Below are positions 63,623 through 64,000 of a stretch of 64,000 bases of DNA, in pieces (positions within the stretch are counted from its first letter, which is position 1; every line of letters starts with the position of its first letter). The position numbers were made by a program, and so were the translations under genes. The DNA is from Camelus ferus. Taxonomy: Eukaryota. The stretch lies in the NCBI RefSeq assembly GCF_009834535.1, contig NC_045696.1, forward strand, positions 42,038,001 to 42,102,000, given 5' to 3'. The notes below the pieces were generated by a model. The model was given only the letters and a program-made list of their open reading frames with translations, ran no database searches and had not been told where the DNA came from.

Positions 63623-64000
63623 AATGAGAGGAGAAAGAGAGAGGAGGACTAATAAGAAGAAAGAGAAGAAGAAAAGAGAAAGGCAGTTCTTTTGCGGAAC
63701 AAAGTAATTATTTTCTGATTGGGTGAGAAAAGTAGGAAATGCAAAGAAGTATAAGTCCCCCCAAAGTAGCAAAACTAGGATTGTACTGATAGGGGGAGTT
63801 TTGAAAGCAATCTCCATTCTGATCCTCTTCTAATTCTTGGAATAGTATAATGATTAATACTCCATGACAGAAGATATGCTGGCAAATTGCCCTCTATCTG
63901 AAAATAGAGGAAACGCCCTGGAAAGAATGAGATGTGGTGGTGAGAGGAAATGACAGTGTCATGAAAAGTCTAGCTCTCAGTCATCGCAGGAGCACCCCAA

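Noticed and set aside
9300..64000. Further protein-coding exons downstream of NFKBIZ
   Set aside because: Remaining 60-135 aa ORFs show no recognisable homology or consistent splice structure; lncRNA exons cannot be excluded without expression data

Overview
Mammalian genomic DNA, most likely camelid (inference: one tRNA-Ala-derived Vic-1-like SINE, and I saw no Alu, Bov-tA/BovB, PRE1 or carnivore SINEs). Bases 844-~9250 hold the last 11 coding exons and 3' UTR of NFKBIZ (IkappaB-zeta) on the + strand. All junctions are GT-AG and phase-compatible, and from the ATG at 855 they splice to a 620-aa ORF matching the short isoform; the first coding exon of the long isoform lies upstream of the window. 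The proximal 3' UTR carries the known Regnase-1/Roquin stem-loop cluster, three Pumilio elements and two poly(A) signals. The remaining ~55 kb has no recognisable intact gene and is rich in L1, HAL1, L2, MIR, MaLR/ERV1 LTRs and hAT MITEs. Notable items there: (i) an NTAN1 processed pseudogene inside a HAL1, with a decayed coding region but a CpG-dense, tandem-repeated 5' end; (ii) a U6-L1 chimera; (iii) a twin-primed (5'-inverted) insertion of an L1-like element with an atypical 3' tail, with a second copy 3 kb away in inverted orientation; (iv) a one-and-a-bit-monomer SINE within a single TSD. I cannot support a wholly new biological system; the best candidates are the retrocopy-derived CpG island and the atypical L1 tail. 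Repeat names and many repeat boundaries are approximate, by-eye calls.
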